64,000 nucleotides of DNA. It comes from Octopus bimaculoides. Its lineage: Eukaryota. The number at the start of each line of letters is the position of its first letter. The first letter of the stretch is position 1. Below are positions 12,772 through 26,262 of this stretch, piece after piece. A program made the translations under genes and the position numbers. Location: NCBI RefSeq assembly GCF_001194135.2, contig NC_068990.1, positions 2,398,159 to 2,462,158 on the forward strand, read 5' to 3'. The notes below the pieces were generated by a model. It searched no databases. It worked only from the letters and a program-made list of their open reading frames with translations, and was not told where the DNA came from.

Positions 12772-13884
12772 CAGTACGATCAGTCAAAATTCTTTAAAAT
12801 AAAGGCAAAAATGTTTTAAACATGCTGATCATTCAGGAAAAGCTAATTTATGGAAATAAAAGAGCTGAAAGGCGTACAAAGCTTGTCCTTAGCTGTTTAA
12901 AAGCAGAAAACTGATTTATATCGCCTTTGATCAGAAGAGGTTCTGATATGCCTAGCTTCTGTTTCATTACCCGGTGGAAACTTTCCAGAATAGATTTCAA
13001 ACTTTTATAACGTAAAATAAAAGAAATACTACAAGGCACTAGAATATTTTTGGGGGAAGTTGCTTTATTCGTACTTAGTGATGGATTGTGTTTTGGATTA
13101 TAGATTATAGATTCCTTCAATAATCTGAAAACCATTGCAAGCCGCCTAAGCTGGAGGATTTGTGCATGTTTATTTTTGTCCTTTTTTTCCAGTTTTAGCT
13201 TTGCTTCAAAAACAAAATAACTTGGTATGAATACATTAAAAAATAGGCTACTGGTATTTCTGTTGCAATCCTTCGTCAGTTTGAATGATGAGCATTTGCT
13301 TATTCGACTAACTAAAGATAGTGACATGAATAATTTCTTCCTGCATTGGACTATTATTTAACTCATCGCGCACTAAAGACGAAATTGATCCCGCAGTGAT
13401 TTGATCACTGAGTGGTCAATGAACGGACACCAATATTGCAAGGCATTCTATCCGATACTATAACGGTTTTATTTGTTCCGCGCTTTAATTACATGTATAG
13501 GAAAGAAATGTGAAGGATCGGCACCCCATGCAGGTGGGGAACTTATACGCCAATGAAACTGAGAAACCGGAACTTATGAGCCAGGCATGGCTCGGGAAGG
13601 AACAAATGACAACATAGCAAAGAAAATTTAAGCTGTATTTTCTTAAGATAATTAGTTTCATAACCTCACGTAAGGTTTGCGAAAGTAGATCATGCAGTTT
13701 TATAATTTTTCCAAAAGTGATTTTTCTGCAGATTATATTAATAAGAAATCATTGTTCGTGATATTTTGTTGCTTGTCATGTTAAAATTGGGGTGTTTTGT
13801 TGATGTTGGTCGCTTCCAGATTTGGTTAAATATATTCCTTAATATTTTAATCTATTTTGCTGTCACCAATATTACAGATCCATC

Positions 13885-14090
13885 AAAAGGCGGTGAACTG
13901 GCTGAATCGCTGAGTAAGTTACCAAGCAACATTTCGACTTTCTTTACGTTCTGACTTCAAATTCCACTGAAGTCAACTTTGCCTTTCATTCATTTGTGTT
14001 TGATTAAACAATCAAGAACATTGGAGTTGATGTAATCGACTTCCCGTTCCCCTAAGTATTGTTGGCTTTGTACCAAAATTTGAAACCAAT
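13885..14090 (+). mobile_element. Full-length tRNA-derived SINE (family B) with 20-bp target-site duplication
   Basis: Head aaggcggtgaactggctgaatcg, B-box ttctgacttcaaattcc, tail aaatttgaaaccaatatt. Direct repeat accaatattacagatccatc at 13865-13884 and 14085-14104. Confidence 0.9.
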
Positions 14091-14540
14091 ATTACAGATC
14101 CATCTTTCGGGAAGGCTAAGAATGTGATTTCATAGTGTTAATGCCAAATACTTCGTCTTATCCCAAAGGTTTGTTTAAATCTCTGTGAAATGAAAGACAA
14201 TTTATTGAATCAAGCTCTCTTATGTCGGAGCATTGAGCTAATCTCTTATAAAACTCACATTCACTATTTTCGTTTTAAAATTTCATGATAACTATTAACA
14301 TAATACTAGAGATACATAGTTTTCAAGAATTACAGTAATGAGTTGTGTGGGGACCGGTATGCCAAAGAAAATGCCTAAAGTTTCTTCTCCCAGTCTTAAA
14401 AGGTAACTAAAAGGAGTTGAGGTAGAATTTGAACTTCGACGTCATATAATCCTCACCAGAAACAACTATCCGAATGAGTAGGAGCATTGTTGCCTGATTG
14501 GTACAAAGGTATCAGCCACCTATTACAGCGCATGCCCCCA

Positions 14541-14601
<61 letters not shown>

Positions 14602-14631
14602 GCTACTACTACTGCTACTGGTGCTGCTGCT

Positions 14632-14676
<45 letters not shown>

Positions 14677-14678
14677 AC
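14541..14678. repeat. Compound (TAC)n/(TGC)n microsatellite
   Basis: Direct inspection. It explains the poly-Y/C, poly-L, poly-S and poly-V/A ORFs. Confidence 0.95.
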
Positions 14679-15751
14679 AACAATGTTGATGGCTGTTGCT
14701 GACGGTTTTAAGTCGTGTTGGAATATTAACAACGGTTTGAAAATTAACATCACTAAGGTTTGTATGCTTGGTTATCAATGAAAGATTTCTCCCTCAATTA
14801 CAATTGGAAGAAGTAATTGAAGCGAACACACTCTTTAACAATTTCCAATGTATTTACTTTAATACCTAACATAATCTGATTAGATCTTGAACACCTGTTG
14901 TAAGAGTTACCTGTTTGCTAAGGATATAAAGCAGTTCAGGATTGTGACACGATACTAACTAAATAATCTTCGACTGGTTGCTCAGTATTTCATATTGTCC
15001 ATTTACATACATGGACTCAGTTTGAACAATATAATTCCTACGGATGTTGTTCTTTGAAACTGTTATTCATTGCTAGCAATAATTTTGTAACCCGCCATTC
15101 CGCTCTTAAACATATTAATTTCTTTGTTGTTTCTATTGGCGATGAACTAAATAATTCCTGGCATATAGTTACTTCCATTCACTTTATGATTTCAGATCAC
15201 ACCAACGTAGACAGCCTCTTTTATCTATACAAGATTTACAAAATAAGTATTGATCAACAGAACAATATAATCAAAACATTCTATATCTAAAAGTATATGT
15301 CCTATGAACTTCTGATTATGTTGGATACTATTATTCATATTATTAATAAATGACGAATTTAATTATTTTCAGTATTCTATTACGTTCTTTACAATGTAAT
15401 ATCTTGCCGATGTTTATTTCATCTTCCAACCTTTTAGATACTATGTAACGAGTAATGCCAAGCACTAGGTACAAAATAATAAGCTGTAACTTCCACAGCA
15501 GAAATGACAGCGACATTTTACCTAATTTAGGGAAAATAATGATATTTGTATCACTCCTTTGGTTTGAACGTTTAGATTTTAGTTCTGAAGGCAATAATAT
15601 ATTTACTAAACAGTATGACTGCTTATCGAACTGGCCATGCCATGCACCTCACGATTAGCTTATGCTAACACAAGTGAGCAAGTACTGGAGACAATGAGTA
15701 AAACGACTATGACCGCTTCTCGAAAGTTCTCAGTCCTTACCGCAGATGATA

Positions 15752-15818
15752 GGTGTAAAGTGGTTAAGAGCGCGGGCTACTAACCGCAAGATTCCGAGTT
15801 CGATTCCATGCAGTGACT

Positions 15819-15881
<63 letters not shown>

Positions 15882-16170
15882 GTAATAATAATAATAATAA
15901 TAATAAATTCCCGGATGCAGTACCAGGCAGTGGCTCTCATGGCTTCCCATCTTAATTGATTGGAAGTTTTATCATGTACATTGTTTTGTCTTGGTATAAA
16001 AGATGAGCTACAGCAAATAAGCTGTTTAACACCACAGATATGCTTGTCAGTTGCTGATCATGAGCAGAAGTAGTGGGGGATCATCATAGCCATGAGTGGA
16101 GAGGAAATCTTTGGGGCTTGAATAATTCACCCTTTGGAAACATGGGTGTTTTGCTCAACATCCTTAAACA
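15752..16170 (+). mobile_element. tRNA-derived SINE (family D head), (AAT)n, then repeat body
   Basis: A-box gtggttaagagc and B-box gagttcgattcc, followed by about 29 AAT units. The same head occurs reversed at 51728-51770. Confidence 0.75.
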
Positions 16171-16450
16171 AGGGACATATGTAAATTTTAACAGGTGAAA
16201 CCATGGTACGTAGGTTAATCGTTTTTTTATTTAGTATTTTTTCATTTGTCTTGTCCTTTTACAGTCTGTTGTGTCGCTGAATTTTTACCGAGAACATATA
16301 TATTTTTCGTGGTTAGATGATTCGGCATCTATTTCTAGCATATAGGAGTCCACTTTTGCTGGTCATCCCTCTTATTTTTGTATGTAATATAATTTTAATC
16401 TTCGGATCTTTTTAATATGCTAGACCACTGGTTCAAATTGATTAATATCA

Positions 16451-16622
16451 AATGTGTAACGTATAGTACAGACAAGAAGGTAATATTTCGAACGCAGAAT
16501 AGACGTGAAAATGACAGAAAGATCCGGTATTATTACTCTTATAAGACGGGAAAATGTTGTCAACAAACATCCACAGGCTGTTCCAAATATTACCTTCTTC
16601 TCTGTACAATACGATACACATT
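16451..16622. mobile_element. MITE-like fold-back element with 43-bp terminal inverted repeats
   Basis: 16451-16493 versus the reverse complement of 16580-16622: 39/43 identical. No clear TSD. Confidence 0.65.
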
Positions 16623-16959
16623 CGACCATTCTAAAAACAAAATAAAAAAAAAGTTTACATAAATTGCTTCATTCCTAAGAAAATCTATGTATTTGGCTTT
16701 TAATCTGAGAGAAATTGCTGTTAAAGCGCAGGCTAGCTTAATGGTAGAACAGTAATCCGGGTATCAGTGTAGTACGCATTCGAGTCACGTGACTGTTTAT
16801 AATCATGTTTTCTTCCGTATTGTAAGGGTAATAATAGCCAATTTTTCTACCATTTTCACGGCTGTACTTCGCCTGAAATGTTACCTTATTTTCTTTACGA
16901 TCTGATATATATATATATATATATAAATATAGATATGTAAAGTCTGTTTGATTTAAATT

Positions 16960-19200
16960 TCAGAAGTAGTGTAACTTTATCAAACATGCGTAATTTTCTT
17001 CGCCAATTTTCTGTCAACTGTATCGAATGAATTTTATCTGATAAGTACCTATGTGATTGTTTTCATTGTGTATGATTTCAATGTCTGAATGTAACGGGAT
17101 ACTTCATGCTTTAATTATAAGTATGTACCTGCACATGATATCACATGAATCCATGTATTGTTTCAATTAGGGTTTGCAGTTTTCTACTTTGCATTAAGCA
17201 TCCGGGAGGGATAATTTAAAGTTTGCCTATTGCATTTGTTGCTTTTGGTGGTTTCATCGAATGCATTTGTTAATGGAAACCTAGATAAACAAAGAACTGA
17301 GAACAAGGTGTCTCCCTGAAGACTCTGTACATATGAGACAAAAGTTCTTTTCATTAGAATTTTCAATTCATCATATGGTGTCAGTGTTGTTGATTCAGTT
17401 TTAACTAGAATGGCTGCTATATTACCTTAATATTGAGGTTGTCTGTTTTACGTACAATTTCTACATCATCGCTATGCTTTGTCGAAAGAATTTCGATAAT
17501 CAATCAATGCTATATTTTTAATATATGCAATAATTATTCGGTTTAAGAATAGCACTCCTTTTCATTTACTTATCCTGTTTGATAATGTATCTCTTTCTTC
17601 AGCAAGATATTTGTCTTCCAATATGAACAATCTGCCTAGTGAAGAATATCGATAACAGATTTTGCTTTTGGTATTTATTGAAAACTGGTTATCGGTCAGT
17701 TAGTTTTTGAAATCACCACTGTTTGTATTTGGGAGAAATTTATATTGTTTTCTTTACTCGCCAGACGTCTATTGAAACTGGTCTTTCTACTATTTCCATG
17801 ATAGCAGTTGCTTTCAGTTAATGTTTGCTGCCTGTATATGCTACCCAAAATATTTATTCAAAATCAATTATATGAGATTGCAGTTAGTTTCAAAGCATCG
17901 TCGTTGTATTGGTAAATACATTTCTGACTAGTTATGCTGGTCATGTTTGCCTGGTTGTGCTTATTCTCCCTCCTAATTTCTTTTTTATCAAAATGAACTA
18001 AGTGTTTCAAACTCTAGGGTATAATAAAAAAAAAATTATTAAGGTCTTCTGAGATGTGGTATGCAGCTTGAATTGTGCTATGTGCATCCAGTTTAATGTT
18101 AATTTCAGTGTATGTAAGCCTAATTGCTTAATATGCTATTTGTTCAGGAAAGTATAACTAATTTGTTTTTCTCATGTTGGTACTATATCTTCATGGCTCT
18201 TAACTTTAATAAGTAGGTAGTTTGACTTCATTTCTCTGTTTGTATGTACAAGTGTATATTAAAATATTTATATTCTACTATTATTAAATGCTGTTGGTGT
18301 TGTAGCGTATGTTTTACTGCCTACATCTTGTTTGTGTAAACTCTGTATTATGGCACTGTGTTCTGCACCTTTGCTACGAATATAAGAATTTTGTCCTGGG
18401 ATTATCCAAACAGTCATCTGAATCTGTTTTATTATGATTGTTATTGCTTAATTTTATATTGAAAGGATTCAATCATTATTTCTTAAAGAAGACCTTTGCT
18501 GTCAGTTATCTGATACTCCGTATAGATGTCCGATTGTTTTATGCTAATATGTTTTATGCTAATTGTTTTATGCTAATTGTTTTATGCTAATAGGGAGTAA
18601 GCAAATTTCTCAGTCGTTTGTTTAAGCTTACCTTTTCGTTTTCTTCGTCTATTTCGTTAATCCTAAGTTTTTGTTATTTAGCTCCAACCTAAGAGAAAAG
18701 TCGTCCTAACATTAATCATTTTATACTCATGCATAACCGAGATTAGCATTATCCATTGTCTCATTCCTCTTGATGAAATGGTAGCTTTTGATTTGAAAGA
18801 AATTTCGCAACTATTTTTAGCAAACTGAATGAATGTGCAGAAGCTTTGCTTGCTGGCCATTTATATTTTTGGCAAAAGATTTACCACATTCCATTTTACC
18901 TTTCTTCTCCACTAGTTTATGTATATATCCACACTTTTTCTTCTCATTTCTTCACTGTTTGCATTAATTTAAATTTACGTTCTGCTATATACCTGTGAAC
19001 ACATACAGAACATAATAATTTTACATCTGTATGTTCATCAAATGACAAATTCAACCTGTCAGTCTTTGGTTTTGGCTGGTACATTCTAGATAGTGTAATT
19101 AATTTTCTTGTTTTCTTTCCAGTCTGCATAGTTCGTGCAGCTTCCAATTTATTACATTAAAATTATAGCTTATTAATGGCATGGTTAATGTATTAACGTC
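16960..19200 (-). mobile_element. Highly degenerate RTE-like LINE (APE endonuclease + RT)
   Basis: Minus-strand motif remnants in the expected order: ARTMQTGK (cf. NVRT), PNTNSGDF-LTDN (cf. PKKGD-LTDNYRGI), IALIDYRNSFDK (cf. FIDFKKAFD), QSLQGDTL (cf. GVLQGDTL). Many stops and frameshifts; internal 14-bp tandem repeat x4 at 18534-18590. Confidence 0.72.
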
Positions 19201-19513
19201 AAGTTTAATGTTAGTTATTTGATTCTGTTCAGCGTGAAGTCTACAAGTAATATTTTTGTTGAAACTTTTTTCTTCTTTTATTCATGATCTTTTATAGATA
19301 TTGATGATTGTGTTATGTCTTGTTCAGTAAATTCTGTATATTTTAGATTTTGGCTGATCTGGGTTACTTCTACATATTAACATACACCAAAGTTGTGGTC
19401 CTTTATATTCTTATCTACTGATATACAACATAGAACTCAGCATAATTCGCAAGCCATCCGGCTAGTAATAATCTTGTGTGAAATGGTTCTGATTATTTAT
19501 TCCTGAAATACGT

Positions 19514-19564
19514 ATATCGATTGTCGATGACCAGGTAAATAACCTGGTCAACGATAATCGATAT
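19514..19564. repeat. 23-bp stem / 5-nt loop hairpin
   Basis: atatcgattgtcgatgaccaggt-aaata-acctggtcaacgataatcgatat, with one G-U pair and one A-A mismatch. Confidence 0.8.
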
Positions 19565-21265
19565 CAAAATTCGCTGAGTACATAGCCAAACTAATCTTGT
19601 TCTGTTATCCAAAACTATTTCACTTTAGCTGAGTACTCAAAGGTTTTAACGCCAAATAAGAGACTTAACATGAAAGACGTTCTGGAATACAGTCACTTCC
19701 AGTTTTACTGAAGTACTGCTTTCTAGAAAATCATGCCGTAACATGGCGTCCAATGATGCAAAAGCTATATTTCCACTTACATCCTTGTTCATCAATTACC
19801 ATACAACATGGAGTCAATAAGAAAATAAATTTTAGTTATTCCATGTTACGGATATTTTTTTAAAGAATATAATGTTTCTTTAACTTGGCATTTGCCAATA
19901 TTATACTATTTGATTCGATATTCTTAGTGTATATTCATATGGGATTTATTTATCCTTATCTATTTTTAGAATTTTGTAGAGGACTAATTTCTTCGTCAAG
20001 TTATCGTGTATCTAGTACTTTTAACATAATTATTGAATATAGCTATATAATTAATATAGCCAACTACTTAATATAGTTAATTAATGTACTTACATATATT
20101 ACCGTATTCATAGACGGTAGTTCGAGATTCCTCGATTGTGGGAGCGTATTTACGTGATTCCATTAATTTTTACACGACTTACTTCCGCTTTCCTTCTTAC
20201 TTTCAAAAACTTCACCTACGGCGTTATGTGACTTTTATCGGAAAGCTATTGGTATAGTTGTTTCGTACACAATTCTCCTCTTGTTAAAACATCAGATACC
20301 TGCTGGTGTGTCTCCATTTTTTGCCAATGAATTTAAAAGATTTTTGTGTGCCCCAATTATATGTACACACATCTATTATATATAAATATATATAATCTAT
20401 AAAAGTACACACGCACAAACACACACATACATAAATGCATATATATATATGTATACATATATATATATCTATGCTTGTGTAGGAGTGTGTGTGCATGCAT
20501 GTGTGGGTTTGTAGACACGTGTAAGTATCTGTATGTGTGTATCTATAGTGTAACTCCATTTTTGAAACTTTCCCACTATATAGGCTTATATATTGTCACT
20601 CTATTAGTTAAGAGAGATGCTGCTGCATATAATTATCTTATGGGTACTACTGAAAGACGTCCATTATATATTAAGCATTCATGAAAGGTAGAAACGCTAT
20701 AATGTATCGATAATAGGGATTATTTCCAAGGTTCCACTGGCATTGTCAGAACAGTGTTGAAGATACTTTTTTTAATGTCCCTAAGAATGATGGATAAATA
20801 GCAGAGAATCACTAAACAGAGTTCTATGTGACAAGGATGTTTGTAAATTAATGAACTATATAAGGTGTCTATTGGTCAGCTGGTGGTTTTAAAATAAATG
20901 ATGGATTAAATCGTCCACTTCAAAACTCAGAACATAACGATCGGGTACTAACACCAACTGCACGACGGTTTAACAATTCCACTAATCTAATATAATGAAC
21001 AAATATTTATTCGTGATGTTACTCGAAGGGATGATATTCAAAAGTGATCTCAGTGAGATTTGAACACAGAGTACAGAGAGCTGGAACATTACAGCAAAAA
21101 ATATTGTTTTACAAGCTTTGCGACTTTGCCAAATATTGAGTTCAAAGGGGAGTGTCTTCTGTCTACACCTGATTCTGTTTTCCATCGTTGCTTAGTGCCA
21201 GATGAAATTCAGTATGATTTGCTTATGAACAATTTATATGACCATGACTCATGTTGAGAAAACCC

Positions 21266-22148
21266 TAACACCCGTTAAAAGGAGGATTGGGCATGCCGTG
21301 GTTGATGATGCGCAGAGACGCGCTGAGACTGCGACATCTCCGGCTCTATGTAGACAACAGTGAACAGATGTGGTCACCGTTTGTGCGGCGCGCTTTCCTG
21401 CAGCTCGTCTCCATGACCGAACTGCAGTCGTGGATCAAGAAGAGGCCGAGGAAGGGCGAATGTCACGGTGAGTGTCGCGTTGCTCCCCGGCAACTCCAAC
21501 ACCCCGGGTCAACCTTGAGCGACTGCATCACAACTAACGCATTCTATAGTGGATTAGTGTATGGTGGACGCGTCTGAAAGGTCTAGAGACAAAGACTTTC
21601 CTCTCTGGGCAATCTCTCATCAACTTCTTCAAGTATCACCTGAAGTGGAAGGTGAGAGCAGAAAGGGAAGTCTTGTCTAGTGAATGCTTCAAAAGAAGAT
21701 GGGTGAATGTAGCAAGGATGGCACGNNNNNNNNNNNNNNNNNNNNNNNNNNNNNNNNNNNNNNNNNNNNNNNNNNNNNNNNNNNNNNNNNNNNNNNNNNN
21801 NNNNNNNNNNNNNNNNNNNNNNNNNNNNNNNNNNNNNNNNNNNNNNNNNNNNNNNNNNNNNNNNNNNNNNNNNNNNNNNNNNNNNNNNNNNNNNNNNNNN
21901 NNNNNNNNNNNNNCTAAACCTAAACTATCCTCCCCTCTTTTTACACGAGAACATTACTGTGATACACGATCCCTATTGATCGCTTTTTTTTTCTCGATCC
22001 CTTTTGATCAAACTCCCCCCTTTTTTCCTTCCTACGATCCCTTTTGATCGACACCCCCCTACTTTTCCCCCTCCCCCTCCCAAAAAGAAAAGTTCTTCAT
22101 TGTATTTGTCCCATCTTTGTTGATCCCTGTGTGGCTAATAAAAGAAAT
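21266..22148 (+). mobile_element. 5'-truncated, internally deleted Tx1/L1-clade LINE (ORF2 C-terminus and 3' UTR)
   Basis: HPLKGGLGMPWLMMRRDALRLRHL is the post-RT GGLG motif. It is followed by WWTRLKGLETKTFLSGQSLINFFKYHLKWKVRAEREVLSSECFKRRWVNVARMAR, then a pyrimidine-rich 3' UTR ending ctaataaaagaaa. Confidence 0.8.
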
Positions 22149-25100
22149 GTATCTATGCCCACCTATGTAAGTTCTACCAATTATTAATGATAAATATATA
22201 CAGCAGATTGACTCAGCTGTACGTCTGAATATAAATTTCTGTGATGTCTGTTATCCAGTTAGACACATTCTCTATAATAACCATATTATAGGTTTGACTC
22301 TCTTCGAAACTTTTTATGAATTCCTCTCTTAATATACATCGATAAAAGACACTTTTGAAGCGTCTGCTATTATTTACTATCACAAATTTAAATATTTGTT
22401 GTCGAGTTTTACGTTCAATGTAGTGTAGGTTTTAATATTTGATAAACAATATTAATATGTTCTGGCAAAACTTTTCGTTGTCATTTGCAATACAGCCTCT
22501 CACTTTCTGTCTCTCCCGCCTCTAATTGTTTTCATTAACAATAATCTACTGAATATATATCCATTGCAATTTTTTCACTTCAAGTTTTATTTCATGATAT
22601 CAGATGAGGAAGTCAGGTATTTTGTTGGCTTAAATTCACTGTGTTAATGCCCTCAGTTTATTGTTTAGACATACTGAAAATAAGTTATATTGGAAAACTT
22701 ATTAAAACTTACTGAAGCTTCGAACTCATGCGGCTTATTTCCTTTCCGTCGTTATCTAAGAATTAAGCAGTGAATTTGTTGCTATGGCTATTTGACTCGC
22801 TATAGATATTAAAATATGTCTATGTGATCGCTGCTATTTTTCGCACATTAAACGTAGCTGGACTACCCAGATGTTTGTTTAAAAAAGAAAGATTATATCT
22901 GTAATAAAATAATGAAAGCAATATTTACTTAGAAAATGAGCCCTATAATACAAAAAAAATAATTAGACTTTAACTATCATAAACATTATTAGAATTGGGA
23001 ATCAAATGTGGAAATATCGAGTGGCTAGCAGAAAACCAGTTTGAGGTTGGTCTTTCAGCTAGTGTAATTAAAAGGAGACTACACTGGATAAAAGCAATGT
23101 AGACGTTTGACATACAATATGGCGCAATTAGGATAATAGAGCAAGTACTGGCAGTATAAGGTTGGTATAGAGAAATAAAAGAAACCTTGAGAGGACATCT
23201 TTGTTTTAGAAATAGTAAAGAAAGCACGCATAAATGATATCACACGACCGAAAGTAACAAAGTGTGACTTAGATAATGTTTTTCTCTTGATGATTTCCGA
23301 AATTTCAGGTATTTCTCTATTTTTATTAAATACTGTTAGCCAAATTATTTATTAAATAATGTTAGTCATATTATTTATTAAGTACTGTTAGTCATATTAT
23401 TTCTGTTGCCCCATGTAGTTTGACAAATGTTTATTTTATTTTCAATTAGTTAATCTGTTATTTCTTTTTGTCAAATTTATTTTATTAGATAGTGTTACGT
23501 TGGGCGATGCTTGCTTTAAACATTAAAAAGTCAGGGATTCCCGCTGTTATCTTGATAGATAATTTACTTTGCATTTATCATTGTCGTTATTGTTCAAGTG
23601 TGTTTTATGCAGGAAGAATTCAATTAGAACATTACGAGTGGAACGAAATGCCCACTACAATAATAATAATAATTATATCTTTAGCATTTCTTCCTCTATA
23701 TTTGATTGGAATTTGTCTCTCTAATTCTGTTATTTGAATATTCGTCTTGTCTGCTATATTACACTCGTGCATCATCAGCAGGGGTCGTTTTGACAATTAC
23801 TACGCTGTTCTCATCCAGACCACTGCTATGGATTCCAGGTCATATTTAAGGATCTGCGAATTTACATTTTTGTATACAAATATTTATTTCATTAATCCCA
23901 TTTCTACACTTCAAATATGAACGTTAGAAAGATGATTCTTTCTCTTGAAGGAGTTCATTTCAGATATCATCGAGTAAGATCGAAGAGAAGAAGTAGAAAC
24001 TATAACGGCTGTATTTTATTTAAAGCACTGTGAAAGGATATTTTAAATATAGTTTTCTAAAAACTATCTGATATACAATTGTAACAGCATGTAAACAGTA
24101 GTCTTTTGTTTTATTTACATAAATATATACAAATTTCGCAAGAGTTTAGCGTCTGAAAGATAAATATATTATTGCTGCTTGTGTTTCCAGCAAGAAAGAA
24201 AGGTAAAGAATATACATAAATGTAAATAATCCATAGTATATGGAATGCATAAGTTATTATATTTTCTGTTTTGTTTACCATCGTATTCAAGAGAACGAAA
24301 GTTTTGTAAACTTTGAAGTATAATTATTGAGAAAAGAGATTTTTGCTTTTCCAAGTAGGTGATTTTCACGTTGGATATATGATACTGACTAAAATATTAA
24401 TCGCAAAGATATATTACTGTATATCATACGTTAAATATCATCAGCTGCAAGATATTAGGGCAAACTACTCATATCATATATTTTAATAATGTAGATTCTA
24501 GACATAAACTTTTGGTGGAGGCAACAGTCATTTATTTCGATTCTGCATAGATGAAAGACAAATTTCACGTTAACGGGAGTTGAGCTCTGTGCGTAACGAT
24601 CCGGAAGAAATATTACAAAACATTTATTTTTCCGATGCTTTAAGGATTCTTCCAGTTCATCACCCTCACATTGTATTCTAATAGTACGAAGAAAAGAAAA
24701 TGATAGTTGACAGGCATTTACAGTAGAGTGGCTAGCATAAAAATATGGATGTGGACAGATGAACCAAAGAAGGAACTGTATACAATGGAATTGCTAGACA
24801 TAGTAATCAAATTCATCTTGAAATTTATCTGCCATAGAGGAAAAAGAAATCACAGTAGAAAATATAAACTTCAGAACAAGATGGGTTAGTCAAAGTTGAA
24901 CTTCTTCAATTGAATGTCTGCTTTGTTTGAGAGAACATTAAACTAAACAACAACCACACACAACATACAAATGTACATAATTCCAGCCAATGAAAGCATT
25001 TTTAAATGGTTCCTCGACCGCTAGTAATAGTGATGTTTTCTTTCGCGGGACGTTTACTATCACCTTGAAAAAATTGTAAGACATGACATAATGCAGTCAT

Positions 25101-25844
25101 GTATCCACAATGTATAAACCAACAAATGGGGTGGTAAAGGCTGGAATGCATTTGCCTAATGGTTTGTTCGATCTGGGATAACATAAGATAAAAAATACCA
25201 CCGCCGCCACCACCACCACCACCAAAAGAAGAACAAGAAACCACAAAAAGCGAAAAAAAATTTACTAGTTATCGGAGAGAGGACAACATGTTTACAGTGT
25301 TACATTTCACCCTTAACGATTAGCTATTGTATTGACAAAATGGTTCTAAGTACACGGTTAATTGCTACATTTGTGAAATAATATGTGTGTGGTCGACACC
25401 TGGCCAGATAACTGGCAATTAAGCAGCGCTGTCTTTAGCGCATTTTAAAATAACAAGAATAAAAGCAAGAACACAAGTACAACAACAACATCAATTAACG
25501 ATTAAGGTACAAATGCATATGTTTGAGTGAGAGTAATGCGGTGATGTGGTTCAAATCTTCTCTATAGATACATGATACAGATGTGACAAAAGGCATAGTT
25601 TCTCTGAATTCTGAATAATTAAATTCGATCTCACATGGTGGCATCTGAGGAAAATGTTATTTTCTTCCATATCTCGTGATTCGCATTAGAGAAACAGTAA
25701 CTATATAGAGGCATGTCGGTCGGATCTTTAATTCTAGGAGGTACAGCTCAACAAGCCTGTTACACATTGTGTCACACTAACTCTGAGGAAGAATTAAGCT
25801 AAAGGGAAAATGAACGTTCAACCACTCAACACTTTTATTCGGGA

Positions 25845-26262
25845 GCAGGTATTTCGGGTGATCGAATTGAATCTTCAGCGTCAAAATACGGAGATCTACA
25901 ACAGAGGGAAATGGTAAGATAAATTAGAAATTATAACTGAAACATAAAGAAGTACAGCAAACAACTTGCGATGGATCTGTAATCAGTTCGCGTCTTTTAG
26001 TCTTACCGTTATTTGTGAAAATAGCTAAACATCAAAGGGTTTGGGAATCTGGGATTGCTGATGGTGAGAAACTAGAATGCATTTCAAAAGTTTTCAAATA
26101 ACGTATACACAATTCTCGCCACAAATTTCTGACATGGCTAGTTATAAATGTGTTTGATCTATGACTCCTCTATAGTTCAAGAAACTACACATTCTATTCT
26201 AAATCATTGAAAAAGCCAGCATAGTTGTGTACATTGTAATGCAATAAATATCTTTTTAGGAG
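25845..26262 (-). mobile_element. Penelope-like element relic (GIY-YIG remnant and decayed terminal hammerhead-like motif)
   Basis: Minus strand SS*KDIYCIT-CTQLC (cf. NVIYCITC) and ELCIRYLKTF (cf. E..WI..L.T), with a downstream CTGAAGA...CCCGAAA at 25878-25852. Confidence 0.5.

Noticed and set aside
13245-13285. Minus-strand CTGACGA...GAAA...TA hammerhead-like spacing
   Set aside because: Stems I, II and III cannot pair convincingly.
15752-15820. Possible tRNA gene (apparent ACT anticodon)
   Set aside because: No acceptor stem; it runs into (AAT)n and recurs as a fragment at 51728, so it is a SINE head.
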